A DNA stretch of 64,000 bases, taken from assembly GCA_965368975.1 (NCBI GenBank), contig CBDUPA010000004.1, positions 256,001-320,000 of the forward strand, read 5' to 3'. This document shows, piece by piece, positions 29,159 to 38,760 of the stretch. The notes beneath the pieces were generated by a model. The model was given only the letters and a program-made list of their open reading frames with translations, did no database searches and was not told the origin of the DNA. The translations under genes were made by a program, and so were the position numbers. The DNA is from an uncultured bacterium. Its GTDB lineage: Bacteria; Acidobacteriota; Thermoanaerobaculia; Multivoradales; JAHZIX01. Numbering within the stretch: position 1 is the first letter of the stretch; the number at the start of each line of letters is the position of its first letter.

Positions 29159-31588
29159 TCACTCTGTCCGTAGCGCCGTCACGGGGTCGACCCGAGCGGC
29201 GCGGCGGGCCGGTACCAGGCAGGCGAGCGTTGCGACGGTGGTCAGCGTGATCGCGATCAGGGCGAAGATGCCCGGATCCCAGGGCTCGACCTGGTAGAGC
29301 AGGGCGGCGATCATCCGCGAGAGGCCGAGAGCCACGGGAATGCCCACGAGGAGGCCGAGAGCCAGTTGCTTCAGGCCCTGGGTGAGGACCATGCGCACCA
29401 CGTCGGCGCCGCGTGCGCCGAGAGCCATGCGCACGCCCAGCTCCTGGGTCCGTCGACGCACCGAGAAGGCCATCACGCCATAGAGACCCACCGCGGCCAG
29501 CAGCAGTGCGGCGGCGCCGAAGGCCGTGAACAACGAGCCGAAGACGTTGTAGAACCAGCCGCTGGCCAGGATCGCTGCGGCCAGTGATCTGAGGCCGGAT
29601 ACAGGCATGGTGGCGTCGAGCTCGCTGACTTGCTGGCGTACCATGGATGCCAGCTCCGAAGGTGGTGGCCCGGCACTCCGCAGCAGGATCGTGAAGCGCA
29701 GGTCGGGATTCTGTACTGCTGGCATGTACATGCCTTCGGGGAAGTCCTTGGTTTCCAAGCCGCCCATCATCAGATCCGGCACGACTCCGACGATGGTGCG
29801 CCAGGGATACTCGCCGGTGCTAGTGCCGGTGCCGATGCGCAGGCGCTCACCGAGCGGACTGCGGTCTTCGAAGTGCTTGCGGACGAAGCTCTGGTTGACC
29901 ACGACGACCGGTTGACTGTCCGCCGTGTCTGACGGTCGAAACACCCGGCCGGCGATGGGCTGTACACCGAGAACCTGGAAGAAATCGCCGGCGATGACGG
30001 CGCGGCGGGCAGTGGGGTGGTCGTGATCGTTGGCGTACGTCTTGCCCTCGAAGCCGAAGTAGTAGCGGCTGGTGCCCTGGGCGGGCGCGGCGGAGGTCAG
30101 AGCCGCCGCTGCGACGCCGGGTTGATGGCGCAGGCGTTCCAGCAGCTCCTCCTGCAGGCGGTTCCGGTCGGCGTCCTCGGCGTAGTCGCCGGCTTCCGGC
30201 GTCACGTCACCGATCAGCACCTCCTCGGTGTCGAAGACAAAATCGAGCTGCTGTAGCTGCACGACACTTTTGATCATCAGGCCGGCGGCTACCAGCAAGG
30301 CGCAAGAAAGGGCAATCTCGGCAATCACCAGGCCGCGGCTGAGTCTGCCCATACGCAGGCTCGATGAACCCCGGCCCTCGTCCTTGAGCGCAGCATTGGC
30401 GTCGGTACTTGCTGCTTGCAGTGCTGGCGCCAGGCCGGCGGCCAAGCAGGAGACGAGTGCCAATCCGAGGGCGAAGAGCAGCACTGTGGGGTCGAGGCGA
30501 ATGTCGATCCAGAACGGCGGGTCGGTGTCGATGATCGCTCTGCTGAAGGCAGTGATGCCGATGTGCGCGATGAGCAGGCCGAGGGCGCCACCGGCGATCG
30601 CCAGCAGGAGCGTCTCGGTCAGCAATTGACCTACGACGCGTCCCTTCGAAGCGCCCAGCGCTGAGCGCAGGGCCACTTCCTTGGTGCGCGCGGCGGTGCG
30701 GCTGAGCAGCAGGTTGGCGACGTTGGCACAGGCGACCAACAAGACCAACATGACCGCACCGAGCATGACGTAGAGCAAGCGTGGCGTCTCGCCGCCGATG
30801 AACTCCTCGACGTAGCTCTTGACCACTACGCCGACGCCTTCGTTGGTATCCGGGTACTGCTGTGCCAGGCGGCTGGCGATGGCGTTCATCTCTGCGCGTG
30901 CCTGAGCCGTCGAGACCCCGTCGCGCAAGCGACCAACGACCTCCAGCGTGCGGCCCTCACCACGCTGCAGGTCACTCAGATCGATCTGTAGCGGCCGCCA
31001 AACCTCCTGGAAAATCGGGAACTTGAACTTGGGCGGCATGATGCCGATCACGGTGACGTCCTGGCCGCTGAGGCGTACCTTGCGGCCGACGATGCCGTCG
31101 TCGCCAGCGAAGCGGTTCTGCCACAGGTCGAAGCCGAGCAGTGCCACCGGCTCGGCGTCCAGTTCGGCATCTTCGGCCGTCAAGTCGCGTCCCAGCTGCG
31201 GCTGAATGCCGAGCATGCGAAAGGTCTCGACATCGACACTCGCACCGCTCAGGCGTTCGGGCAGGTCCTCGGGACCGCTGAGGTTGTAGGACTCCATGTC
31301 GAACCCGATCAGCTGTTCGAACGACGTCTGCTGCGCCTGCCAGTCGAGGTAGTCGTGCTGCGGGACTTCGATGCTGACCGCGTTCTGCGTCTCGTTGCTG
31401 CGCTCCAGGTGTAACAGCTCGTGCGCGTCCGGGAACGGCAGGCCGCGCAGCAGGGCGCCCTGGACGATGCTGAACATGATGGTCGGCAGGCCGATGCCCA
31501 GGCCGAGGGCGAGGATGGCCATGAGGGACAGGCCGGGCTGCTTGCGCAGCATGCGCAGGCCATAGCGGACGTCGGTGAGGTAGCTCAT
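29159..31588 (-). CDS. Duplicated MacB/FtsX-type ABC permease (acidobacterial ADOP type)
   Basis: DVRYGLRMLRKQPG, LVACANVANLLL...R.KEVALRSALGA, VGLYGVMAFSV.RRTQELGVRMALGA, PARRAARVDP; no adjacent ATPase. Confidence 0.92.
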   Translation of the reverse strand: MSYLTDVRYGLRMLRKQPGLSLMAILALGLGIGLPTIMFSIVQGALLRGLPFPDAHELLHLERSNETQNAVSIEVPQHDYLDWQAQQTSFEQLIGFDMESYNLSGPEDLPERLSGASVDVETFRMLGIQPQLGRDLTAEDAELDAEPVALLGFDLWQNRFAGDDGIVGRKVRLSGQDVTVIGIMPPKFKFPIFQEVWRPLQIDLSDLQRGEGRTLEVVGRLRDGVSTAQARAEMNAIASRLAQQYPDTNEGVGVVVKSYVEEFIGGETPRLLYVMLGAVMLVLLVACANVANLLLSRTAARTKEVALRSALGASKGRVVGQLLTETLLLAIAGGALGLLIAHIGITAFSRAIIDTDPPFWIDIRLDPTVLLFALGLALVSCLAAGLAPALQAASTDANAALKDEGRGSSSLRMGRLSRGLVIAEIALSCALLVAAGLMIKSVVQLQQLDFVFDTEEVLIGDVTPEAGDYAEDADRNRLQEELLERLRHQPGVAAAALTSAAPAQGTSRYYFGFEGKTYANDHDHPTARRAVIAGDFFQVLGVQPIAGRVFRPSDTADSQPVVVVNQSFVRKHFEDRSPLGERLRIGTGTSTGEYPWRTIVGVVPDLMMGGLETKDFPEGMYMPAVQNPDLRFTILLRSAGPPPSELASMVRQQVSELDATMPVSGLRSLAAAILASGWFYNVFGSLFTAFGAAALLLAAVGLYGVMAFSVRRRTQELGVRMALGARGADVVRMVLTQGLKQLALGLLVGIPVALGLSRMIAALLYQVEPWDPGIFALIAITLTTVATLACLVPARRAARVDPVTALRTE

Positions 31589-31714
31589 GAGGATTCATCT
31601 CCACGGGTCGTGATCAGATCTTCACTACCTAGGACGTCGCTCAGCTGTCAGATGTTCCACTTCCGGGGCAGAGTCATCATCAGACGGCGCAAGGGGGTTC
31701 CTCGCGGGAGTCCC

Positions 31715-33166
31715 TTAGAACTGGAAGCCGATCGAGGCCAACCAGCCCCGGAAGTCACCGCGCTGCAAGGGGCGGTTGGTCGCTTCGTTCTCTTCCCAGT
31801 TGAGCTTCAACACCCACTGGTGGCTGGGTCGGAAGCTGAGGCCGAACGTCGTGCGACGTTCTTCGTTGCGTTCGAAGCTACCGTCCAGGGGGCCCTCGAC
31901 CTCGGCCTTGTCGAACTGGGCGACGAGGTCGAGGGAGGCGTCGGGGAAGAGCCGACCGAAGGAGCTGTCGCGGCGCCAGGCACCGGGGGTGACGTCCAGG
32001 ACGACACGGCCGTAGTAGCCGTCCAGGACCGCCGGTGGTCCCACCAGCCGCTCGCCTTCGAGGTAGTTGTACTCGGCGGCGATTTCCAGGCGGGGGAACC
32101 GCACGACGATGTCTCCGGCCCAGCCGTCCAGGGATAGCCGCCCGGCGTCGTCATACTTGCCCGAGTAGCCGGACAGTCCCAGCTCGAGGCCGTTGCCACG
32201 ATTCCAGGCGAACCGGCCCACGACCGCCTTGTTGTTGTTGTTGTCTTCGCCGAAGGACTGGCGACCGGCCCTCGAACCCATGGCGGTGATGCCGTCACCC
32301 AGTCCCGCTACTGTGTACAGCTGGTACTGGAAGCCCCACAGGTCGCCGAGGAACGTCTCGCCGGTCAGACCGATGCCGTTGTCGGTCCAGTCGGCCGGGG
32401 CCACGACGTGGGATACCAGCGGACGAGTGATGACGTCGCGGGCGGGGCTATAGTGGTTGAGGTTGTAGTTGCCGAACGGCACCAGCAGCACACCGGCACG
32501 CAGGTTGAAGAGCGGCGTGATCTCGTAGGCGGCGTACGCCTGCTCTAGCAGCACTTCGCCGCCGCGGCCGCCACCCACGGTGGCCGCCCGCTCGAATTCG
32601 ATCTCGGCGAAGAAACCGAGCCGGGGATGCGGCCGGCCACTGAGCACCAGCTCGAAGGCTTCGGCGTCGAACGCAGAGTTCTGGGCCTGACCGTCGATGT
32701 AGTTCAACGTGCCATAGACCGTCACCTGCGTCCGTCGCTGTTCGGCGTCGGAGAAATAGCTGAGCGAGGCTTCGGCCGACTGGACCGAGGTCGCCAGCGC
32801 TTCCTGCTCGGATCGTAGCGCCTCGCCCTGTGCCTCCAGGTGCGCCAGTGTCTCCTGCATTGCCTGTTGCTGCTCCGGGACTGCGGTGGCCTCCGGCTGT
32901 GCTCGGACCAGTGTCTCGATCAGGGCGCGCAGCTCCTGGACATCCCGGCTCAGCTGATCGAGTCCGGCCTCTAGACGTTCGATGCGCTGCTCCGTGGTCG
33001 CGGTTTGTCGCGGAGCGGGCACATCCGGAGCTGCTACCTCCTGAGCTGGCAACTCCTGAGCGAGAAGCCCCGCCGTGCCACATAGCAGCGCGAGGAGCAC
33101 AGCCGGGATCGCGCCCGTCGTACGGGGTTTCCAGGTTCTCTGTGTTGCTGATCGTTGAGGTCTCAC
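31715..33166 (-). CDS. Putative outer-membrane beta-barrel porin with N-terminal coiled coil
   Basis: Signal peptide, coiled coil, then amphipathic strands (FFAEIEFE, LEQAY, LRAGVLLVPFG) and terminal aromatic beta-signal IGFQF; GTGA overlap with the kinase stop. Confidence 0.75.
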   Translation of the reverse strand: MRPQRSATQRTWKPRTTGAIPAVLLALLCGTAGLLAQELPAQEVAAPDVPAPRQTATTEQRIERLEAGLDQLSRDVQELRALIETLVRAQPEATAVPEQQQAMQETLAHLEAQGEALRSEQEALATSVQSAEASLSYFSDAEQRRTQVTVYGTLNYIDGQAQNSAFDAEAFELVLSGRPHPRLGFFAEIEFERAATVGGGRGGEVLLEQAYAAYEITPLFNLRAGVLLVPFGNYNLNHYSPARDVITRPLVSHVVAPADWTDNGIGLTGETFLGDLWGFQYQLYTVAGLGDGITAMGSRAGRQSFGEDNNNNKAVVGRFAWNRGNGLELGLSGYSGKYDDAGRLSLDGWAGDIVVRFPRLEIAAEYNYLEGERLVGPPAVLDGYYGRVVLDVTPGAWRRDSSFGRLFPDASLDLVAQFDKAEVEGPLDGSFERNEERRTTFGLSFRPSHQWVLKLNWEENEATNRPLQRGDFRGWLASIGFQF

Positions 33167-35106
33167 AGGCGCACCTCCACCTGGACCGCGTTGCTCTCGC
33201 GGCCGCTGTCGTCTCGAACGGTGACCGTGTAGAGCCCGAGCGGCGCTTCCTTGCCGACGAACAGTGTTCCCGTGAGGCTGCCGTCTGGGCGCAGGCGGAC
33301 GCCGCGCAGGCTGAGAAAGCGTGTCTCCCGGTGACCGCGGCGAAAGACCGCGCTGGGGCTGGCTTCATTGGGGTTGGCGTCGAAGCCGGTCGCCGACAGC
33401 ACCACTGCGGTGCTCTGTCCCCGGCGTACAGCGGCGGGGGTCACTTGGAGCAGGGTCAGGGCGGGTCTTGGTTCGGCGGTCTCAGCCGGCGCCAGTACTG
33501 CTGGGGACTGTACTGCTGGGGGCTGTACTGTTGGGGACTGTGAAGTAGAGGACGGTGACGCAGATGACGGGGATGCCGGCGGCTGTGATGCTGTCCGCGG
33601 CGCTTGCTCGAGTGCAGGCGCGGCGTCGACATCGCCCGAGGGCTGGGTCCCGGGCCCCGATGTGGAGTCCGCCAGCGCAGTCGGTGGCGGCGCAGCAGCG
33701 GTAGCCGGCTCGACCTCCCCCTGCTGCCGGGTTGCCTCGTCTGTGGCTGGTTCCGGCTGCGCGATGGCCGAGATCGGTGGCTGTGTCTCGGTGCGGGTGG
33801 GGAGATTCGGTTCTGGTGAGGGCGGTTCTTGCCTGGGCGGTTCTTGCCTGGGGGGGCGCTCAGTAGAGGCGCCTCCGGAAGGTTCACGCGTGCTGGCTTC
33901 CGCGGTCTGGCTTTGGATTTGGGGCTGTTCGCCGGCATCGGCGAGTTGGCTGTCGGTATCGCTGCTGTTCGTGTTGTTGACTGGCGTGGTCCTGACTGGC
34001 GTGCTGTTGACTGGCGTGCTGCTGACTGGCGTGGTCCTGACTGGCGTGTCTCGGATGGGGTCGCCGAGATCAGCTTCCTCCTCTACGGTCGGATGCGGCT
34101 CGGTGTGGGAGCCACTCCAGCCCCAGTAGCCGACACCCAGCACCGTCAGCAGCAGCACCAGTGCGGCAAGAATCCCGGGCAGGCGTGTCCGCTTCGGCGG
34201 TGGAGCCAAGATCGTTGCGGGGGCAGGTTCCGCTTCGAGCGTTTCCTCAGGCACGTTCAGGACGCGCGTGGGCGTTGCCGTCAAACTCGGATCGGAGCCG
34301 ATCGTCACCGTCTCGAGCGCCTGCATCAGCTCCTGCAAGTTCGTGGGGCGCAGATTCGGGTCCTTGTACAGGCAGGCGTCGATCGCCTGGCACAGCGCCT
34401 CGGGCAAGTCCGGGCACAGGGCCTGGAGCGGTTCCGGTTGCACGGTCAGGACGCGGTGGAGGCAGCTGTGCATCGAGTCGGCGGAGAAGGGATTGTGGCC
34501 GCTGAGGGTCCAGTACGCCACCAGTCCGACCGCGTAGCAGTCCGCCTGCGGTGAGTACGCGCACTCTTGCAGCACCTCGGGTGCAATGAACTCCGGTGTC
34601 CCCAGAATCATGCCCGTGGCCGTCAGTTTCGAACTCTCTAGCCGCGCGATGCCGAAGTCCATCAGCTTGCAGCTGCCGTCAGGCAGGATCTGCAGGTTCG
34701 AAGGCTTGATATCGCGGTGCAAGACGCCGCGAGCATGCGCGTGTTCGACGGCATGGCACAGGCCCAGCAGGACACTCAGCTTCTGCCTCGGCGTCCGCTC
34801 CGCGCGCAGCCACTCGTCCAGCCGCTCGCCTTCCAGGTATTCCATCGCCAGGTACGGCTGCTCCTCGAAGGAGCCGTACTCGTACACCTGCACGATGTTG
34901 GGGTGCGACAGTCGGCCGGCGGCCATGGCTTCATTGTGGAAGCGGGCGCGCGTCTCGTCGTCGCCAGCCGTGGTCATCACTTTGATGGCGACACGGCGAC
35001 CGATGTGTGGGTCTTCGCCCAGGTAGACACGGCCCATGGCCCCCTGGCCCAGGAACTCCACTACCTGAAACTTTCCGATAGACGCCGGTAATGCTGTTCC
35101 GTTCAT
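33163..35106 (-). CDS. Hanks-type transmembrane Ser/Thr protein kinase with Pro/Thr-rich linker and C-terminal Ig-like domain
   Basis: GQGAMGRV, VAIK, HRDIKPSN, DFG, GTPEFIAPE; one TM helix; C-terminal VTPAAVRRG...GLYTVTV...SNAVQVEV. Confidence 0.93.
   Translation of the reverse strand: MNGTALPASIGKFQVVEFLGQGAMGRVYLGEDPHIGRRVAIKVMTTAGDDETRARFHNEAMAAGRLSHPNIVQVYEYGSFEEQPYLAMEYLEGERLDEWLRAERTPRQKLSVLLGLCHAVEHAHARGVLHRDIKPSNLQILPDGSCKLMDFGIARLESSKLTATGMILGTPEFIAPEVLQECAYSPQADCYAVGLVAYWTLSGHNPFSADSMHSCLHRVLTVQPEPLQALCPDLPEALCQAIDACLYKDPNLRPTNLQELMQALETVTIGSDPSLTATPTRVLNVPEETLEAEPAPATILAPPPKRTRLPGILAALVLLLTVLGVGYWGWSGSHTEPHPTVEEEADLGDPIRDTPVRTTPVSSTPVNSTPVRTTPVNNTNSSDTDSQLADAGEQPQIQSQTAEASTREPSGGASTERPPRQEPPRQEPPSPEPNLPTRTETQPPISAIAQPEPATDEATRQQGEVEPATAAAPPPTALADSTSGPGTQPSGDVDAAPALEQAPRTASQPPASPSSASPSSTSQSPTVQPPAVQSPAVLAPAETAEPRPALTLLQVTPAAVRRGQSTAVVLSATGFDANPNEASPSAVFRRGHRETRFLSLRGVRLRPDGSLTGTLFVGKEAPLGLYTVTVRDDSGRESNAVQVEVRL
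33495..33540. repeat. 15-bp coding tandem repeat, about 3 copies (SPTVQ/PPAVQ/SPAVL)
   Basis: gtactgctggggact-like unit repeated three times. Confidence 0.75.
33821..33850. repeat. 15-bp coding tandem repeat, 2 copies (RQEPP)
   Basis: ggcggttcttgcctg twice. Confidence 0.75.
33971..34048. repeat. 15-bp coding tandem repeat, 5 copies (TPVxx)
   Basis: Core tgactggcgtg at 33978, 33993, 34008, 34023 and 34038. Confidence 0.9.
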
Positions 35107-35304
35107 CTTTGGGCAAGTCCAACCCTATATCGATAGCGTTCTCGGCACAGTAGCAGGGGGGGCCGGAAGCTGTCTACTTCGTGCACGAGGATTTGCGTGT
35201 CGGTGGATCTCGGCTCTGCTATCCTGGATGTGGATGCATGTGCTCTTTTCGACAAGCCGGTCTTCTTGAACGTGTCGGACTCCGGACAGCAAAGGAGGTA
35301 CGAC

Positions 35305-36336
35305 ATGAACGTCCACACTCTGCGTCGCATCCTGAGTCTCGCCGTGCTCGCCTTGCTGGCGACACCGGCACTGCTGGCACAGCCTTGGGGAGCCTGGATC
35401 ATTCTCGATCCCAGCAACCCTGGCTACATCGAAGTGCCGCATCACGCACAGCTGCACCCCAACAGCCAGTTCACGCTCGAGGCCTGGGTTGCCGTGGCCA
35501 ACCAGAGCGGTTGCTTCAGCTTCGTGGGCAAGAACTGGCGCACTACTTGGTGGGTCGGCATGTGCAACAACAGGCTGCGCTCGTTCCTCAAAGGAGAAAC
35601 GACGGTGCGCGATGCTGGTGACCTGGACAACCAGTGGAATCACATCGCGGTGACCTACGACGGCGCTCACCGGCGCCACTACATCAATGGCGAGCTGGTC
35701 GGTATCTGGGCCGAGAGTGGTTCCTTGCCGGGTGGTTTCGCGCCGTTGCGCATCGGCAGTGACGTCGAGTGGCCGTTCACTCCGAAAGGGGTTCTCGACG
35801 AGGTTCGCTTGTGGAACGTCGCGCGCAGCACGCAGGAGATCCGGGACGCGCTCAACGAGCGCATGACCACGCCGATGCCTGGTCTGGTCGCCGTCTGGGC
35901 GATGAACGGAGCCCAGGACGAGGTCGGGATCCACGACGGCATTCTGCAGGGCACGACGCCCTTCCTCACCTTCCCGGTGGCCCCAGGCTGTGTCGGTAAC
36001 TCGACCAACCTGTGCCTCTATGGTCGCTTCAACGTTCGCGTCGAGTTCCGGCGTCCCAACGGCGTCGAGGGTATCGGTACGGTTGTGCCCTTCTTCTCGC
36101 CGCGTTCCGGTTTGTTCTGGTTCTTCAACCCGGACAACTGGGAGATGCTGGTCAAGATGGTCAACGGCTGCGGCAACAACGGTCGCTGGTGGGTCTTCTT
36201 CGCCGCCACCACGAACGTCTTCTACCGGCTAGAGGTTCTGGACGTTCCGCACGGCGTGCAGAAGATCTACTTCAACTATCAGGGGGTGCCGTCACCCGCA
36301 GTGACGGACACTCAGGCCTTCGCGACCTGCCCGTAG
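35305..36336 (+). CDS. Secreted LamG-like jellyroll protein with Cys-bracketed C-terminal domain
   Basis: AGGAGG SD; signal peptide; FTLEAWV, WNHIAVTYDG, YING, LRIG, GVLDEVRLWNVARS; then LCLYGRF...FWFFNPDNWEMLVK...WWVF...AFATCP. Confidence 0.88.
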   Translation: MNVHTLRRILSLAVLALLATPALLAQPWGAWIILDPSNPGYIEVPHHAQLHPNSQFTLEAWVAVANQSGCFSFVGKNWRTTWWVGMCNNRLRSFLKGETTVRDAGDLDNQWNHIAVTYDGAHRRHYINGELVGIWAESGSLPGGFAPLRIGSDVEWPFTPKGVLDEVRLWNVARSTQEIRDALNERMTTPMPGLVAVWAMNGAQDEVGIHDGILQGTTPFLTFPVAPGCVGNSTNLCLYGRFNVRVEFRRPNGVEGIGTVVPFFSPRSGLFWFFNPDNWEMLVKMVNGCGNNGRWWVFFAATTNVFYRLEVLDVPHGVQKIYFNYQGVPSPAVTDTQAFATCP

Positions 36337-36451
36337 GCTGCTCGTGCTCGTAAGTACCGCTTGCCAGTGCGCCCCTCGCCTCGAGAGAATCGCAGCATCG
36401 TGTTCGGGCCGGCGTCTCCGTGTCGGCTGATCAGTGTAGGCTGACTTCATC

Positions 36452-37291
36452 ATGAGCCAAGCTGCCACCAAGACGCCGTCTCGCCGCGACACAGACCATC
36501 TCTTCCACGCCGTCCTCGACGCCTGCGCCCGTGCTGGCGACATCGAGCGGCGTCACTTTCGCTCCGCTAGCCTGCAGGTCGATCGCAAAGCCGACGACTC
36601 ACCGGTCACCCAGGCCGACCGCCAAGCTGAAGCCGCCATCCGTGAGGTGCTCGCCGCGGCGACGCCGGAACTTGGACTGCTCGGCGAGGAATTTGGCCAG
36701 GAAGGTGACGTGCGCGACTGCTGGATCATCGATCCGCTCGACGGTACGAAGAATTTCGTTGCTGGCTTGCCCTATTTTGCGGTGCTGATCGGCCTGCGAT
36801 TGGATGGCGACCTGGTGCTCGGTGCCGTCCATGCTCCCGCGCTCGGGGAGCAAGGCGAGACCTGGTGGGCGATCCGTGGTCAGGGTGCCTGGGCCGGTGC
36901 CGGCACGGACGTCGAGAGCGTCCGCGAGCGCAGGTTACAGGTCAGCTCGACGTCCAGTCTGGAGCAGGCCTTCGTCAGCTTCGGTGGTCTCAAGTGGTTC
37001 CGTAAGCGCGGGCTCTGGGACAACGCCACTGAGCTGATCGATCAGACGTATCGGTCGCGGGGCTTCGGCGATTGGTGGGGCCACATGCTGGTCGCCGAAG
37101 GTTGCTGCGACGCCATGGTCGAGGCCGAAGTGGCTCTGCACGACATCGCCGCCGTCAAGGTGGTGGTCGAAGAGGCCGGTGGTGGATTCCGCGCGCGCGG
37201 CGGAGCTGCACTGGAGGCTGGGTTCTGTACCGGTGTCGTGAGTAGCACGGCGGCGCTGCTCGATCCGGTGTGCCGCGTCATGGGCTACTAG
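36452..37291 (+). CDS. Inositol monophosphatase family protein (histidinol-phosphatase HisN-like)
   Basis: KADDSPVTQAD, GEEFG, WIIDPLDGTKNF, RGFGD, DIAAVKVVVEEAGG. Confidence 0.88.
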   Translation: MSQAATKTPSRRDTDHLFHAVLDACARAGDIERRHFRSASLQVDRKADDSPVTQADRQAEAAIREVLAAATPELGLLGEEFGQEGDVRDCWIIDPLDGTKNFVAGLPYFAVLIGLRLDGDLVLGAVHAPALGEQGETWWAIRGQGAWAGAGTDVESVRERRLQVSSTSSLEQAFVSFGGLKWFRKRGLWDNATELIDQTYRSRGFGDWWGHMLVAEGCCDAMVEAEVALHDIAAVKVVVEEAGGGFRARGGAALEAGFCTGVVSSTAALLDPVCRVMGY

Positions 37292-37299
37292 AACGCTGG

Positions 37300-37328
37300 T
37301 TGACCCCTTTCCACCTCCCGGCTACACT
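37300..37328 (+). promoter_or_regulatory. Sigma70-type promoter upstream of ribBA
   Basis: TTGACC (37300-37305), 17 bp spacer, TACACT (37323-37328). Confidence 0.65.
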
Positions 37329-37527
37329 GGTTTCGCCGGAATCCGCCCGGTATTTCAGGACCTGAATTCACGTTCTCGAACCTCCCTGGAACCGCCGTCC
37401 AGGACGACACTCGCAGCACCAAGCGCCAGGCCGGTACGCCTGTCCCACCAGCTCGACCTCCCTGAGATCGGGCTCACCGATCGGACTGCGTGTACAAGGA
37501 ACCCCAAGCCATGAGTACCCCCATCCA

Positions 37528-38760
37528 ATGAGCACCTTGAGCCAGGAGCGGCGCGACGCCAATTTCGCGTCCATCCAAGAAGCCATCGAGGAGTATCGCC
37601 AGGGCAAGATGGTGATCATCGTCGATGACGAGGATCGCGAGAACGAAGGTGATCTGGCGATCGCGGCCGAGAAGGTGACGCCGGAAGCGATCAACTTCAT
37701 GGCCAAGCACGGGCGCGGCTTGATCTGCCTGTCGATGACCGAGGATCGCTGCGACGAGCTCGATCTGCCATTGATGGTGAAGCAGAACACCTCGACCTAC
37801 GAAACGGCCTTCACCGTCTCGATCGAAGCGCGTGGCAAGGTCTCTACCGGCATCTCGGCCGCTGATCGCGCGGCGACGGTGCTGACCGCGATCAATCCTC
37901 AGACCGAGCCGACCGACCTGCTGCGCCCCGGCCACATGTTCCCGTTGCGCGCGCGTACCGGCGGTGTCCTCAAGCGAGCGGGGCAGACCGAGGCGTCTGT
38001 CGATATGGCGATACTGGCAGGGCTGCATCCGTCAGGCGTGATCTGCGAGATCATGAACGACGACGGCACCATGGCACGGGTTCCCGAGCTGATGAAGTTC
38101 GCCGAAGAGCACGGCTTGAAGGTGATCACCGTGCGCGATCTGATCGCCTACCGTCTGCACAACGAGACGCTGGTTCGTCAGGTAGCTGCTCCGAGGATGC
38201 CTACCATCTACGGCGACTTCCGAATTCACGCCTACCGTGCCGAGGTCACCGGTGAAGAGCACGTGGCCATGGTGATGGGGGAGATCAAGCCCGACGAGCC
38301 AACGCTTGTACGCGTTCACAGCCAGTGTCTGACGGGCGACATGTTCGGTTCCGAGCGCTGCGACTGCGGCGTGCAGCTGCGTCTGGCGTTGGAGCGCATC
38401 GCGGAGGAAGGGCGAGGTGTGCTGCTGTACCTGCTGCAGGAAGGTCGCGGCATCGGCTTGGTCAACAAGCTGCGTGCCTACGAGCTGCAGGATCAAGGGC
38501 ACGATACCGTCGAGGCCAATGAGCGCCTCGGTTTCCGTCCGGATCAGCGCAACTACGGCATCGGTGCCCAGATTCTGCGTGACCTGGGGGTCTGCAAGAT
38601 GCGCTTGATGACCAACAACCCGAGCAAGTATGTCGGTGTCGATGGGTACGGTCTCGAGATCGTCGAGCGGGTGCCACTGGAGGTACCGCCAACCGACAAC
38701 AGCCGCGACTACCTGCGCACCAAGCGCGACAAGCTGGGCCATCTCCTGAAACTGGTATGA
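37528..38760 (+). CDS. ribBA: Bifunctional DHBP synthase / GTP cyclohydrolase II
   Basis: [58 protein letters not shown]. Confidence 0.97.
   Translation: MSTLSQERRDANFASIQEAIEEYRQGKMVIIVDDEDRENEGDLAIAAEKVTPEAINFMAKHGRGLICLSMTEDRCDELDLPLMVKQNTSTYETAFTVSIEARGKVSTGISAADRAATVLTAINPQTEPTDLLRPGHMFPLRARTGGVLKRAGQTEASVDMAILAGLHPSGVICEIMNDDGTMARVPELMKFAEEHGLKVITVRDLIAYRLHNETLVRQVAAPRMPTIYGDFRIHAYRAEVTGEEHVAMVMGEIKPDEPTLVRVHSQCLTGDMFGSERCDCGVQLRLALERIAEEGRGVLLYLLQEGRGIGLVNKLRAYELQDQGHDTVEANERLGFRPDQRNYGIGAQILRDLGVCKMRLMTNNPSKYVGVDGYGLEIVERVPLEVPPTDNSRDYLRTKRDKLGHLLKLV

Noticed and set aside
37329-37527. FMN riboswitch upstream of ribBA
   Set aside because: The conserved RFN segments (AGGGC.GGG.GAAATTCCC.ACCG, GCCGAC.GT.A.AGTC.GGATGGGAG) are not present.
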